In this document: positions 12,891 through 24,311 of the stretch, piece after piece | Layout: every line of letters starts with the position of its first letter | How positions within the stretch are numbered: position 1 is the first letter of the stretch | NCBI RefSeq assembly: GCF_006345805.1 | Contig: NC_042999.1 | Coordinates: 55,304,001 to 55,368,000, forward strand | Length of the DNA stretch: 64,000 nt | Direction of reading: 5' to 3' | DNA from: Octopus sinensis | Lineage: Eukaryota | Program-made: the position numbers and the translations under genes | Notes under the pieces: generated by a model | What the model saw: the letters and a program-made list of their open reading frames with translations, nothing else | The model's database searches: none | Told to the model about the DNA's origin: nothing

Positions 12891-13313
12891 ATGGAACAGA
12901 ATGGTAATCAAAATCTACCTACAGGAACCCTTTGCCGAATGGGATGTGGGTTCTATGGAACTGCTGCTCTTGACGGCATGTGCTCCAAATGTTACAAAGG
13001 TGCTATAAAAAGGAAACAGAATTCGTCACCTGTAAGTGGACGTATTAGCCCGACAGGTGAAGGGGATAAAGTGGTCAATGTGACTGCTTCCCTTGCCCAA
13101 ACTTCTCTAGGACCATCAAGTCAAGAAATCTCATCAACACCTAGTATAGTTGAAGGTGCAACTGGTGTTGATACATCGGTTATCCCTAGTATAAAAACTG
13201 CCACACCTACCGTACCTGTCTCTAATTCCAATCAGGAAAAAGATATTGTATAGCGCCAAAGATCTCACCTTTGCCATCAAGATACAGAACCAGTAGCATT
13301 AGTACCAAAAAAA
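12891..13313 (+). pseudogene. ZFAND5: ZFAND5/6-like (A20 + AN1 zinc-finger protein) N-terminal fragment, probable processed pseudogene
   Basis: 'LCRMGCGFYG..DGMCSKCYK..KRKQNS...SGRISPTG' is an A20 finger followed by a Ser/Thr/Pro linker; stop at 13251-13253; no AN1 finger seen downstream. A live first coding exon is not excluded. Confidence 0.65.
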
Positions 13314-13798
13314 GTTATCTTTATAAACAGCGCAACATGGCTGCCTTGTGAGAACGGCGTTGATTAATAAGGCTTTGGAGAAGTAGACAGTATAATAAAA
13401 TATGAATTTATTTTTAATGGAAATAACTTTTAGAGCGAAAATACGAGCGGGATATGAAATAGGTTTGAGATTGTAAAGGTGAATAAAGGGGGCAGGGCTG
13501 ATAGCGTGGTATGTGCATCAAACCGTTAACCGAAGGAACGTTTTAAGTCTTAGTGCACTTAATACGTACATATACATGCGTTCACATAACATAACACACA
13601 CACACACATGTACGAATATTCAAAACATATAAACATATATAAACATAAATATGTGTGTGTGTATATATATAAATATATACACCCATACACACGCATATCC
13701 TTATACACACGTACATATATATGTATATGAATATATGCATACTATATATATAATATATATATATACGTGTGTGTGTGTGTGTATGTATCTATCTACTA

Positions 13799-13853
<55 letters not shown>

Positions 13854-13861
13854 CATCTATC

Positions 13862-13935
<74 letters not shown>

Positions 13936-14991
13936 TATCTATCTATCTATCTATCTATTTAGCTATCTATATGTATGTATGTATGTAAGTATCTCTCTCT
14001 CTATATATATATATACACATACATACATACATACATGTATGTATGTATGTATGTATGTATGTATGTATGTATGTATGTATTATATATGTATGTGTGTTTG
14101 TATGTTTAGGTGCAGGGGTAGCACTGTGGTAAGATGTTTGTTTCCAGTTTCATGGTTCCGGGTTCAGTCTCACTACATGGCAGCTTGGGCAAATGTCTTC
14201 TATTATAGCTTTGTCCAATGATTGAAACAAGTAAAAGATGAAAGAAAGAAGATAAATGTGTGTCTGGGTGTGTGTTTGTGTGTGTGTATGTGTGTGTGTG
14301 TGTGTGTGTGCGTGTGTGCGTGTGTGCAAGCATTTTCACTCAAGCACAGAAAGGCAACGATGTATATACATACATTTATGCATACACACAAGAAAATACA
14401 GCCACACACGTACACACACGCACACGCACACACGTACACACACACACATACACACAAACACCCGCGCGTACAAAGAAACCCTTTAATATACATTCATATA
14501 TAAATATTTTGCATTATCCGTATTTATTTATGATTATAGAAGTACACACAATTTAGCGAACACAGAACATTTCTTTTGTAGTGGAAAGGTTTCAAAGAGC
14601 GACTAAAACCGCCTCAAGGCCTGATATTTCAATGCCCAACAATGGCTGACATATAACTTTCAGAAAACCCTATTGTTTCTCCAAGTATTATGACTTCACA
14701 TTTTTCTGTTGTTTATTTGTATCCTCAGGTCAGTTCAGATCCTGCAAATCTCTGATTAATAGGTATTTCATCTATGATCATCTTTGCTTTAGTGTATTTA
14801 AGACGCCTTTATTTTAATGCAAAAAAAAGTTCTCCATTTATTTACCAAATCTGCAACTGGGAATAGAAATGACAAGTAGACAAAGTTAGTGTTGCATCTG
14901 GGTATTTTGCGAAATCTAAGATGACTGCAACTCTGAGTTTCACTTCTCAACGCTTACATCTACTGTTTTTCTGATTGTTTCTTTTGTCTCT

Positions 14992-15030
14992 TTATTCTGA
15001 GGAAGGACTAGCATCCGAAACATCAACACT
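14992..15030 (+). ncRNA. Minimal hammerhead-like motif (degenerate)
   Basis: CUGAGGA-A-GGA(cuagca)UCC-GAAA-CAUC; canonical core, imperfect stems I and III; followed by a pLTR-like tail. Confidence 0.5.
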
Positions 15031-15376
15031 CCATTCCTTTTAAGCGCTAAACTAATATAACTTCTGTTAAATTATGTCTCTCGTTTTGCTTTCTTTTTTT
15101 TTATCTAATATACATGTATACATAAATACGTTCATGCATACATACACTTACACACATATAGAGGTTATGAGAGGTAATGGTGTCAATAAGACCCAAAGGT
15201 GTCAGGTAATGCTGAGTAAGTGCTATGGGCAGACTATAGTTGAGCTCCAGGTTCAGTGATTATGCGAATGAGGAGTCCAACGTAGGTCATATATAAGCAT
15301 GTGTATATATATAAAAAAATAACAGAATGAGATAAAAATCCAAGGCTGTGAATAATTTCGGAACATTTATAAATAG

Positions 15377-15424
15377 GTCTTACAGCTGTTTCCGGGATAT
15401 TTTATATATCCCTTCATCGAAGAC
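15377..15424 (-). ncRNA. Type I minimal hammerhead-like motif
   Basis: GUCU-UCGAUGA-A-GGGAUAU(auaaa)AUAUCCC-G-GAAA-CAGCUGUA^AGAC. Confidence 0.6.
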
Positions 15425-15649
15425 GGTGTGGGAAGAGAGAAGATGGTTAAGCAATAGTTATTCTAGATAAGATATGAAATAGAGAGTGAAGTGGAGGAAT
15501 GAAAACTGACTTGAGACATGCAGGGATATTGCATCTGTAGTTCCATTATTTAGACAGAATGGTATATATATATATATATATATATAAGATTCTTGTACCT
15601 TGTAAGTTCCAATATTTTTTAAAATTGGTCATTACCATTTTCTCACACC

Positions 15650-15697
15650 GTCTCCGATGAAGGGATATGCAAAATATCCCAGAAACAGCTGTAAGAC
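15650..15697 (+). ncRNA. Type I minimal hammerhead-like motif
   Basis: GUCU-CCGAUGA-A-GGGAUAU(gcaaa)AUAUCCC-A-GAAA-CAGCUGUA^AGAC; palindromic stem III. Confidence 0.6.
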
Positions 15698-15882
15698 CTA
15701 TATATATATATGTCCTGAAATCTTTCACAGCCTTGAATTTTTATCTCATTCTGTTAATTTTTTTATACATACACACACACACAGACACACACACAAACAT
15801 ATATATATATATATATACAGACATATATGTCCATCACATATATAACACACAGACCTATATATAATTATAACATATAATATAT

Positions 15883-17098
15883 GTACATCGGACAAACGGG
15901 ACGCCGCTTGGCTGACCGGTTCGCGGACACCTTCGTGACATCCACTTGCGAACGACACAACCGGTCTCACGACCCATTCCGCTCCACCGGTCACTCCTTG
16001 CAACACCTATCTGTGTTCGGTTTGTCCTTACACAGAGGCCATCCGGATTCCCGTTTGCGCCGTGAACAGGAATTAATCTCTCTCTCTTCGCTCTTATACG
16101 CCATTTGGTCTCAACTCTCCCCCCTCCTCATCTAACCCCCCTCTCCCCCTCCTCACTATCCTTTCTTCTCACCCCCGACCCCTACTTCTTCAGTCCTTCA
16201 TCCTTTCACCCCCTCCCCTTCTTCTTCCCTCTTTCTCCTCCCTCTTCCTCTGCTCCCTCCTCCTCTCTCTCCCCTTCTCTCTCTCCCTTCCTCTCTCTCT
16301 CTCTCCTCTTTCTCCTTCATCCTCCCTCCCCCTCCTCCCCTTCCTTCCTCCCCTCCCCATCCTCTCCTCTTCCCCCTTCTCCCCCCCTCTCTCCCCCTCC
16401 CCCTCTTCTCCTCACTACACCACATGACTTTACACATCACATCACATATGATGTGCCATACTAATACACACACCATAATACATACTAATACGTACTAATA
16501 CATACTAGTACATACTAATACTTACACCAACCCTATACATACACACGTCCAGACCCCGCATACGCACTTATACTCTCTCAACACACACACACACACCTAT
16601 ACATACCAATACGTACTAATACATACTAATACATACTAATACATACACCAACCCCATACATACGCACGTCCAGACCAATCCTACGCACTAATACTCTCTC
16701 ATACACACACACCACACACCCACCCTTACACATACTAATACATACACCAACCCTATACATACACACATCCAGACCCCTCCCCGCACTTTTAGCTGGTCCC
16801 TCAACCCTTTATCAACCCTATTATCTCCCCTTATTTCGCTCTCGCGTCTCATGTTTGATCTTTGACCTCTGGCCGAAATCAGATCGCCATGTTGATTCGT
16901 TAGCTACTGCACGCATTTTTTTCTCTCCTTCTTTCTGTGTTTTTCCTCTCTCTGTGTATCTTTCTGTTGAAGAGCGTAGGCTCGAAACGTTAAAGACTTG
17001 TTTTATTTATATTTCCTGAGCGCCATACTAATACAATTGTTCGTTTGTTTTCCACCTGCCTTCGTCTTTTGTTTATTTTCATAAAGCTTCCCGTTATA
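15883..17098 (+). repeat. Upstream pseudo-LTR
   Basis: 3' half of GIY-YIG, C/T-rich tract, 'catactaata' minisatellite, three ~35-bp subrepeats, hammerhead motif, tail. Confidence 0.9.
16959..16996 (+). ncRNA. Type I minimal hammerhead-like motif in pLTR
   Basis: UCUUU-CUGUUGA-A-GAGC(guag)GCUC-GAAA-CGUU^AAAGA: 5-bp stem I, 4-bp stem II, palindromic ACGU stem III; A6U deviation. Confidence 0.65.
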
Positions 17099-17728
17099 TA
17101 TTATGCGCTCACGTGGTCTCACTTTCATCCTATATTCTACCAATACCACTATCAACACTTACCTCTACCTTGGATTTTCTTTACCTCTTGGATACTTACC
17201 ATTGGCTGCACCTCTCTTTCGCGGATCAAAGTGACTTTGCATTGATGTGAAATCCTTAAAAATATACCACGACGTCTACACATTTCTCACCTTGAACTTT
17301 CAACCTTGAACTTGTTCGCATAAACTGTCCCGTTTGTTGTATTTTTATTTTCTCTTATATTACCACTTTTTTTACATTCATTTCATGCTTTCCACATTTT
17401 CCTGAATTTTTGTTCTCCTTTCCGTCTTTCTTCCCTCTCTGGATGTCCATACTCCGTTTTCCGTTCCTCTGCCTGCACCCCCCCTTTTTTTGCCTCCCCC
17501 TCTCTCTGCTTCCCTTCTTTCTTTCCCTTTTCCGTTTCCGTTTGCCCCGTCTTTTCTGCCCCTATCGCTTACTTATCTAGTTTTTTCATACGATTATTAT
17601 TTTTTTGTTTTTTTGAACGTTTGTTTTTTCCCCTTTTTCGCTATCCTTTTTTCTATTTTTTTCATACGATAATTTTTGTTTTTTTTTTTTTTTTGTTTTT
17701 CGAACGTTTTTTTTTCCCGCTATCCCAT

Positions 17729-19854
17729 CATGCCGGATCCTAGGTCCTACCTCCTCACCCTCCATCACCGTTTGAAGGATCATCTACGTTCGCTTCCTGT
17801 ATATTGCCTTCAGCCGTCCGTTAATCTCTCTCTACTTCTTTTTAAAAAAACCCGCTTCTCTAGCCATGTCTCTTTCCTAAGCCGCTGCCTACATCACCGA
17901 CTCATCCCTAAAGGTTTCCGCCTCCACTTCCACCCTGCTCTCCACTCGGATTCTTCCATCTTACCCATACTCCGCACCACATCTTACCGCCTTATGCGGG
18001 CCACCATTCGCTCCAATCTCTCCAAACTACATGCCATCAACCGCCTTCTTCCTCCTGCTTTCTCCACCTTCTTCTCCTCTCTGCCGCCTCTCTATGCTCC
18101 AAACACGCTACGCTTCATTATCCATTTGAATCAACTCTTCCATCAATTTCTTTCTGATACCAAACTTCGTAAACTCCAATCACTCTTCCATTCCACCCTA
18201 CCCGACGCCACTACCCCCAAATCCTCCACCACCCTTCTCCCCTCCCGATAGGCTCCATCCCACCCACACCTAACCCCACTGCCCCTCCCTACAACCCCTT
18301 CTCCCCCCCCGTTAGGCTCCATCCACCTACACCTAACCCTACTGCCCCGCCCAACCACCCCCCCCACCTCCCCAATCCCTCCCCCTCAGACCTCCACGAG
18401 ACCTAGACTACCACCCCTCCTACTTCTATTCCACCCACCCCTTCTCCACTTCCGTCTGTTTATTACCATTCCCCCCGATCTTCCCCTCTCTGCGGCTGAA
18501 CGCTCCGTCCTTGGTAGGGGTCTGCGTTTCATCCCCCTCACTCCATCCTGTAAGGAATTCCAGACGCGAGTTGATGTCCACAGCTTTGTGCGCCGTGTCC
18601 GGTTGGTGCGCATTACCACGACTCGCCACCCACACCCAACGAAGAGGACGACTGCTTCACTGGCCTGGGCCGCCGACCATCCCCGTGGACGCCTGCCCCT
18701 GGCCAGATCCTAGCAGTGGATCTTTTCGCGGGCGCTTGTCAGCGTGCATTGGAGCGGTTCAACTTCTCCAGGCGCCAACGCCGCCTCAACATCTCCCCGG
18801 CTGAGCTCTTGGCTCTTCGTTCCCTCCAACGGCGCGCTGACATTATCATCAAACCGGCTGACAAGGGTGGAGCTGTAGTGGTGTGGCGCGCGGACCTCTA
18901 TAGGGCCGAGGCTTTCCGCCAACTCAATGACACCTCCTTCTATTCCCCTCTGCCCTCTAACCCCACACGTAGCTACCAACAGACGGTATCCTCTACTGTC
19001 CAAGACCTCATCTCGTCCTCCCGTCTCCCCCGCACCGCATCCAACCTAATTGTGCGAACCCCACGTACCCCCACCATTTACTTCCTCCCCAAAATCCACA
19101 AACCCAACAACCCTGGCCGCCCCATCGTCTCCGCCTGTAACTGCCCCACGGAGCTCATCTCTAAATATCTCGACCGTGTCCTTGCTCCCTTAGTGGCCTC
19201 TCTTCCCTCTCACATCCACGATACCAACCATGCTCTCCGGCTTTTCAACTCTTTCTCCTTTCCTCCCGGCTCCTCCAAAATCCTTTTTACTATGGACACC
19301 CAAAGCCTCTATACTGTTATCCCTCACCACGAAGGACTGCAGGCCCTTCGACACTTTCTTGACCTCCGCTCTAACCCTGTACCTGACCCTCCACACTCAT
19401 TCGTCTGGCCGAACTTGTCCTTACTCTAACTGCTTCTCGTTCGCTGGCGAGTTCTACCATCAGGTCTCGGGAGTGGCCATGGGAACGCGAATGGGCCCCA
19501 ACTATGCGAACCTGTTCGTTGGCTATGTTGAGGCCCAAAATTTCTCTAATTTCACTGGTCCCACTCCTAAACTATATGGTCGTTATATTGACGACATTAT
19601 CGGTGCCACCTCACTCTCCTCGCGAACATCTAGATTCCTTCTCTCTTTCGTCCAATCTTTCCATCCAGCCCTCCACTTCACACTTCCACTATCTCCAACA
19701 CCTCTGTCTCCTTCCTCGACATTTCGGTAGCATTCTTCACCCACTCTTACCACCTCCATTCACTACAAACACACAGACTCACCACTCATACCTCAACTTC
19801 TCTTCCTCCCACCCAGAACACACCAAGCTTTCCATCCCCTATTCCCAATTCCTC
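17729..19854 (+). pseudogene. PLE polyprotein (N-terminal domain + reverse transcriptase), frameshifted, thumb truncated
   Basis: Successive ORFs 17676-18251, 18716-19429, 19230-19730, 19504- carry consecutive PLE RT motifs; breaks at 'LSIPYSQFL'. Confidence 0.9.
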
Positions 19855-21081
19855 GAACAAACGGGACGCCGCTTGCTGACCGGTTCGCGAACACCCTTCG
19901 TGACATCCACCTTGCGAACGACACAACCGGTCTCACGCCATTTCCGCGCCACCGGTCACTCCTTGCAACACCTATCTGTGTTCGGTTTGTCCTTACACAG
20001 AGGCCATCCGGATTCCCGTTTGCGCCGTGAACAGGAATTAATCTTCTCTCTTCGCTTCTTATACGCCATTTGGTCTCAAATCTCCCCCTCCTCATCTAAC
20101 CCCCCTCTCCCCCTCCTCACCTATCCTTTCTCCCCCCACCCCTACTTCTTCAGTCCTTCATCCTTTCACCACCGACTCCCCTTCCCTTCTTCCCTCTTTC
20201 TCCCCCTCCCTCTTCCCCTTCCCTCTGCTCCCTCACTACTCCCTCTCTCTCCTCTCTCTCCCTCTTTCCTCCTCATCCTCCTCTCCCCCCTTCCCCCTCC
20301 TCCCCTTCCTTCTCCCCCCATCCTCTCCTCTTCCCCCTTCTCCTCCCCCTCTTCTTCCCCTCCCCCCCTCTCCCCCCCTCTTCTCCCCCTCCCCCTCCCC
20401 CTCTTCTCCTCACTACACCACATGACTTTCACATCACATCACATATGATGTGCCATACTAATACACACACCAACTAATACATACTAATACGTACTAATAC
20501 ATACTAGTACATACTAATACTTACACCACCCTATACATACACACGTCCAGACCCCGCATACGCACTTATACTCTCTCACACACACACACACCTATACATA
20601 CCATATACGTACTAATACATACTAATACATACTAATACATACACCAACCCCATACATACGCACGTCCAGACAATCCTACGCACTAATACTCTCTCATACA
20701 CACACACACACCCTTATACATACTAATACATACCCAACCCTATACATACACACATCCAGACCCCTCCCACGCACTATTAGCTGGTCCCTCAACCCTTTAT
20801 CAACCCTATTATCTCCCCTTATTTCGCTCTCGCGTCTCATGTTTGATCTTTGACCTCTGGCCGAAATCAATCGCCATGTTGATTCGTTAGCTACTGCACG
20901 CATTTTTTTTCTCTCCTTCTTTCTGTGTTTTTCTCTCTCTGTGTATCTTTCTGTTGAAGAGCGTAGGCTCGAAACGTTAAAGACTTGTTTTATTTATATT
21001 TCCTGAGCGCCATACTAATACAATTGTTCGTTTGTTTTCCACCTGCCTTCGTCTTTTGTTTATTTTCATAAAGCTTCCCGT

Positions 21082-21083
<2 letters not shown>
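19855..21083 (+). repeat. Downstream pseudo-LTR
   Basis: Near-identical to 15890-17098; ends 'cttcccgtta' in (TA)n. Confidence 0.9.
20946..20983 (+). ncRNA. Type I minimal hammerhead-like motif in pLTR (second copy)
   Basis: Identical to 16959-16996. Confidence 0.65.
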
Positions 21084-21155
<72 letters not shown>

Positions 21156-21879
21156 TACACACATATATAACTATACACACACACTATATACATACATATT
21201 ATACCAACCTACATACATACAGACACGCACATATACACACACACCAGCCGGAGGGATCCGTGTAGGCGTTAAAAATTTATTGTAAAATGAGCATAAACAA
21301 AAAGACAACACAAAAGGTACAATTTTAACAAATATTGTATTAGATTAACGCTTAGAAAGGAAGAAGCGTCTACTGTCGACCATTTTGTCATGTTTTCCAG
21401 TTCTCTTTTACTTTTCTTCTGGTGACGTACAAACATCCGAAACGCTAAAACTCTTTCTTTTCCTTCACTTTAGTGACGACTATTCTTGTTACTTTTCGGT
21501 TGTAAATTGCGAATAGACATCTTAATAATTTATAATTCTCACTTCACCATTTTCGGAATCAGTCGATGTTTACTGTGGTGTTGTCTGTAAGACTGACAAG
21601 GTGAGTTAAGTTCTTTAACCCTCGGCGACGGATTAATGGGTCAATAATAGAGATTAATCAAATCTGAAATCAGCGCTGATATGACTCCATCACGCTTGCT
21701 GTAGAGAGGGAGCTTGTTCCCCGTGTCAGTCGCTACAAAAGTGATCTCACGTGGCTAAGAGTTATTTTGACTCTTATTTTTAGCAATGCTAGTGTCCACT
21801 AGCACCCTCCATTACTTTAGTGACGACTATACTTGTTGCCCTTCGGTTGTAAATGGCGAATAACCACCCTTATAATTGG

Positions 21880-22250
21880 TTCCGGGGTTAGTTCCATTGC
21901 GTGGTACTTAGGGCAAATGTCTTCTACTGTAGCTTCGAGCCAATCAGACTTTGTCAGTGAATTTGGCAGACGGAAACTGAAAGAGACTTGTTGTCCATAT
22001 ACATACATACATGTATACATACGTGAGTGTGTATTTTTGTGTCTCTCTTTGTCTCCCCGCCATTGCTTAGCAACTGGTGTTGGTTTGTTTACGTCGCCAG
22101 AACTTAGCTGTGCGGCAAAAAGGTCCAATAGAATAACTACCAGTTTAAAAAGAAATGTACTGTGCTCAATTCGTTCAACTAAAACTTCTACAAGGCCGTG
22201 CTCCATCATGACAGCAGCCTCATCACTAACAGCAGTAAAAGATAAAGGAC
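21880..22250 (+). mobile_element. F1 SINE, decayed
   Basis: 'gggcaaatgtcttctactgtagc..cggaaactgaaaga..gtttacgtcgcc'. Confidence 0.7.
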
Positions 22251-22394
22251 GATATATATATACAACAACCTCGAACCCAGAAGAGTAAACAAGAGAGACA
22301 GAGACAGGCAGAAACAAGGAAAATGCCCACTGTATTTGAATACTATGCAAATATTCTTTTAAAAAATTTTTAATTTAATTGTTTTCCATACTTA

Positions 22395-22430
22395 CAGTTG
22401 AAAAAGTCTCAATGACCGAAACCGGTACTG
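22395..22430 (+). ncRNA. Minimal hammerhead-like motif, U3/A8 variant
   Basis: CAG-UUGAAAA-A-GUC(ucaau)GAC-C-GAAA-CCGGUA^CUG; palindromic ACCGGU stem III. Confidence 0.45.
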
Positions 22431-22835
22431 AAACGTTTTTCATAAAATTTTTATTTTTACCTTGATTTTTTTCCATATATTAATATATATATTATAATAA
22501 AAGGTAAAATTCATTAATGATTTTACCAAGGTATCACCGCGGAAATAAAAGCCTTATAGGTGAATTTTACAGATATTATAATAATTATATACAAAATTTT
22601 AACAAAGGATTGGCTGTAGTCGAGGAACAGAAAATAATGAATTAAACTTTTGGTTAAACGTGTACAAGATCCTGTTTCACGCCCGTGTTTTATTTTTGGA
22701 GTTTTTAAGGTGGTATTAGCGTCATTTGGCGTCTATTTCTAGCACGTTGGGAGGCTTATAACCAATGCCTTGTTATAGTTATGTATATAATTATTATATA
22801 TATATATATTTTATATATTATATATTATATATATT

Positions 22836-22910
<75 letters not shown>

Positions 22911-22959
22911 CAACTCGCTATGTTGGACTGCTGAACTCTGCACATTCTTTCTTTCTACA

Positions 22960-23110
22960 TTGTTTTCATTCTCTTTCCATTTCCCCCTCTTATTCCTTTC
23001 TGTCGAAGAGCATAAGCTCAAAACATTAAGAACGTTTTTACTTTGCTCGAACGTTTAAACTAATACACATGTTTGTTGTTCCTACATTTGTCTTCGTCTT
23101 TTATTTTCTG
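22960..23110 (+). mobile_element. Decayed pLTR tail with degenerate hammerhead motif
   Basis: 'ctgtcgaagagcataagctcaaaacattaagaac..actaatacac..tgtcttcgtctttt' is related to 16960-17090. Confidence 0.6.
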
Positions 23111-24091
23111 TGTGTATATATATACACACATACAAATTGCAAGTGAATTTGTTTGTAGTGTCTTGGGAGGGTTATTACGCGGGAATACAAAATCGACGTA
23201 AAACTTGTTTGTAGTTAAACCTGTGATAATAAGTTCCAGAAAACATTTTCGCAAGATGTAATTTCCTGATTCTGTATGCAAACACTAAGAGGTTTCTCTT
23301 TTTTCTCTCGATTCCTAATCTACTAAGCTTTTTTTTTAAGCGAATTAAAAAAAAACACATTACATGAATTTTCTCCAGACTAATGAAATAAAATATTTAT
23401 TTAATAAATCACTTCTTATATCATGCTTATAATTTCTAAAAAGAATGAAATAGTCCTGTACACGATTGCTAACAATGAGAAGTACTTCGTATTAATTAAA
23501 AGAAATACATTAATTAAATACGTAAGTTCTTTGCATTTTTCTACCTTTTTATTTTAATTCAAATTCAAAATTATAATCTTGCTTCCAATTATGGAAAAAT
23601 GATTTTCTTCCTTGTAAAAGCTGTGACTGTTAGAGCAACCACATGTGCTTGTATGTCTCTGTGTGTAAGTGTGTGTGTATGTACGTGTGTGTGTATGTAC
23701 GTGTGTGTATGTATGTAAAATAAAGCAGAATCTTAGCAAACTGGTGGCTAGACTTAGGTGGTGAAACATAAGAAATAGGATATACGAGTGTACCTGACTG
23801 TATGGACAGGGTATGAGATTGGCAGTGCAAAGAAACACATACCATCGAAGTAGCAGTGGAAAAGGCACAGAGAGAATAACAACAGATCTGTGAATCATCA
23901 AGGTTGGCGAATAAATCGTAATCAATCGGCCGAAGCATTTGCTTTCTGTATCCGGCTTCGGTCGTATATGAGTTATGGTAGCAGCAACATCAGCCAATAT
24001 ATGTGATTAACGATCTTTCTAGATCTTAAGTGGCACCAGACAAATGGAAAGTTTAGAGTATAACAAAAAAAATTCTAAAAGAAATAAATAG

Positions 24092-24250
24092 GCAGGCGTG
24101 GCTGTGTGGTAAGAAGCTTGCTTCCCAACCACATAGTTCCGGGGTCAGTCCCACTGCGTAGCATTTTGGCCAAGTGTCTTTTACTATAGCCTCGGGGCGA
24201 CTAAAGCCTTGTGAGTGGATTTACTAGACGGAACTAGAAGAAGCCCGTCG
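24092..24250 (+). mobile_element. F1 SINE 5' half
   Basis: 'gcaggcgtggctgtgtggtaagaagcttgc..aagcccgtcg' followed by (TA)n. Confidence 0.8.
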
Positions 24251-24268
24251 TATATATATATATATATG

Positions 24269-24311
<43 letters not shown>

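Larger units (their letters stand above)
15160..15770. mobile_element. Inverted Penelope-type terminal cassette (second family)
   Basis: ~125-bp inverted repeat 15311-15430 / 15643-15770; minus strand of 15160-15300 reads 'HYLTPLGLID' (GIY-YIG C-terminal L.P.GLN-like); related pieces at 38530-38770. Confidence 0.7.
15883..21083 (+). mobile_element. Penelope-like retroelement (Neptune/Naiad-like) with two pseudo-LTRs
   Basis: Direct repeats ~15890-17098 and ~19855-21083; N-terminal 'HVSFLSRCLHHRLIPKGF', 'LPLSAAERSVLGRGLRFIP'; RT 'KPADKGGAVVV..LPKIHKPNNPGRPIVS..GVAMGTRMGPNYANLF..YGRYIDD'; GIY-YIG half 'YIGQTGRRLADRF..TPFGLN'. Confidence 0.95.

Noticed and set aside
16105-16464. Pro/Ser/Leu-rich ORF resembling an extensin
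   Set aside because: C/T-rich 3' UTR tract of the PLE pLTR, duplicated at 20080-20450
16455-16760. Regularly spaced repeats resembling a CRISPR array
   Set aside because: Spacers are themselves repetitive, the block is duplicated in both pLTRs, and the context is eukaryotic with no cas genes
17140-17200. 'cacttacct' / 'atacttacc' motifs (U1 5' end or antisense splice donors) in the PLE 5' region
   Set aside because: Only 9 bp, no further U1 similarity; no PLE intron could be delimited
18265-18345. 'cctaaccc' telomere-like words in the PLE
   Set aside because: Two isolated words in a ~60-bp coding tandem duplication, not a telomeric array
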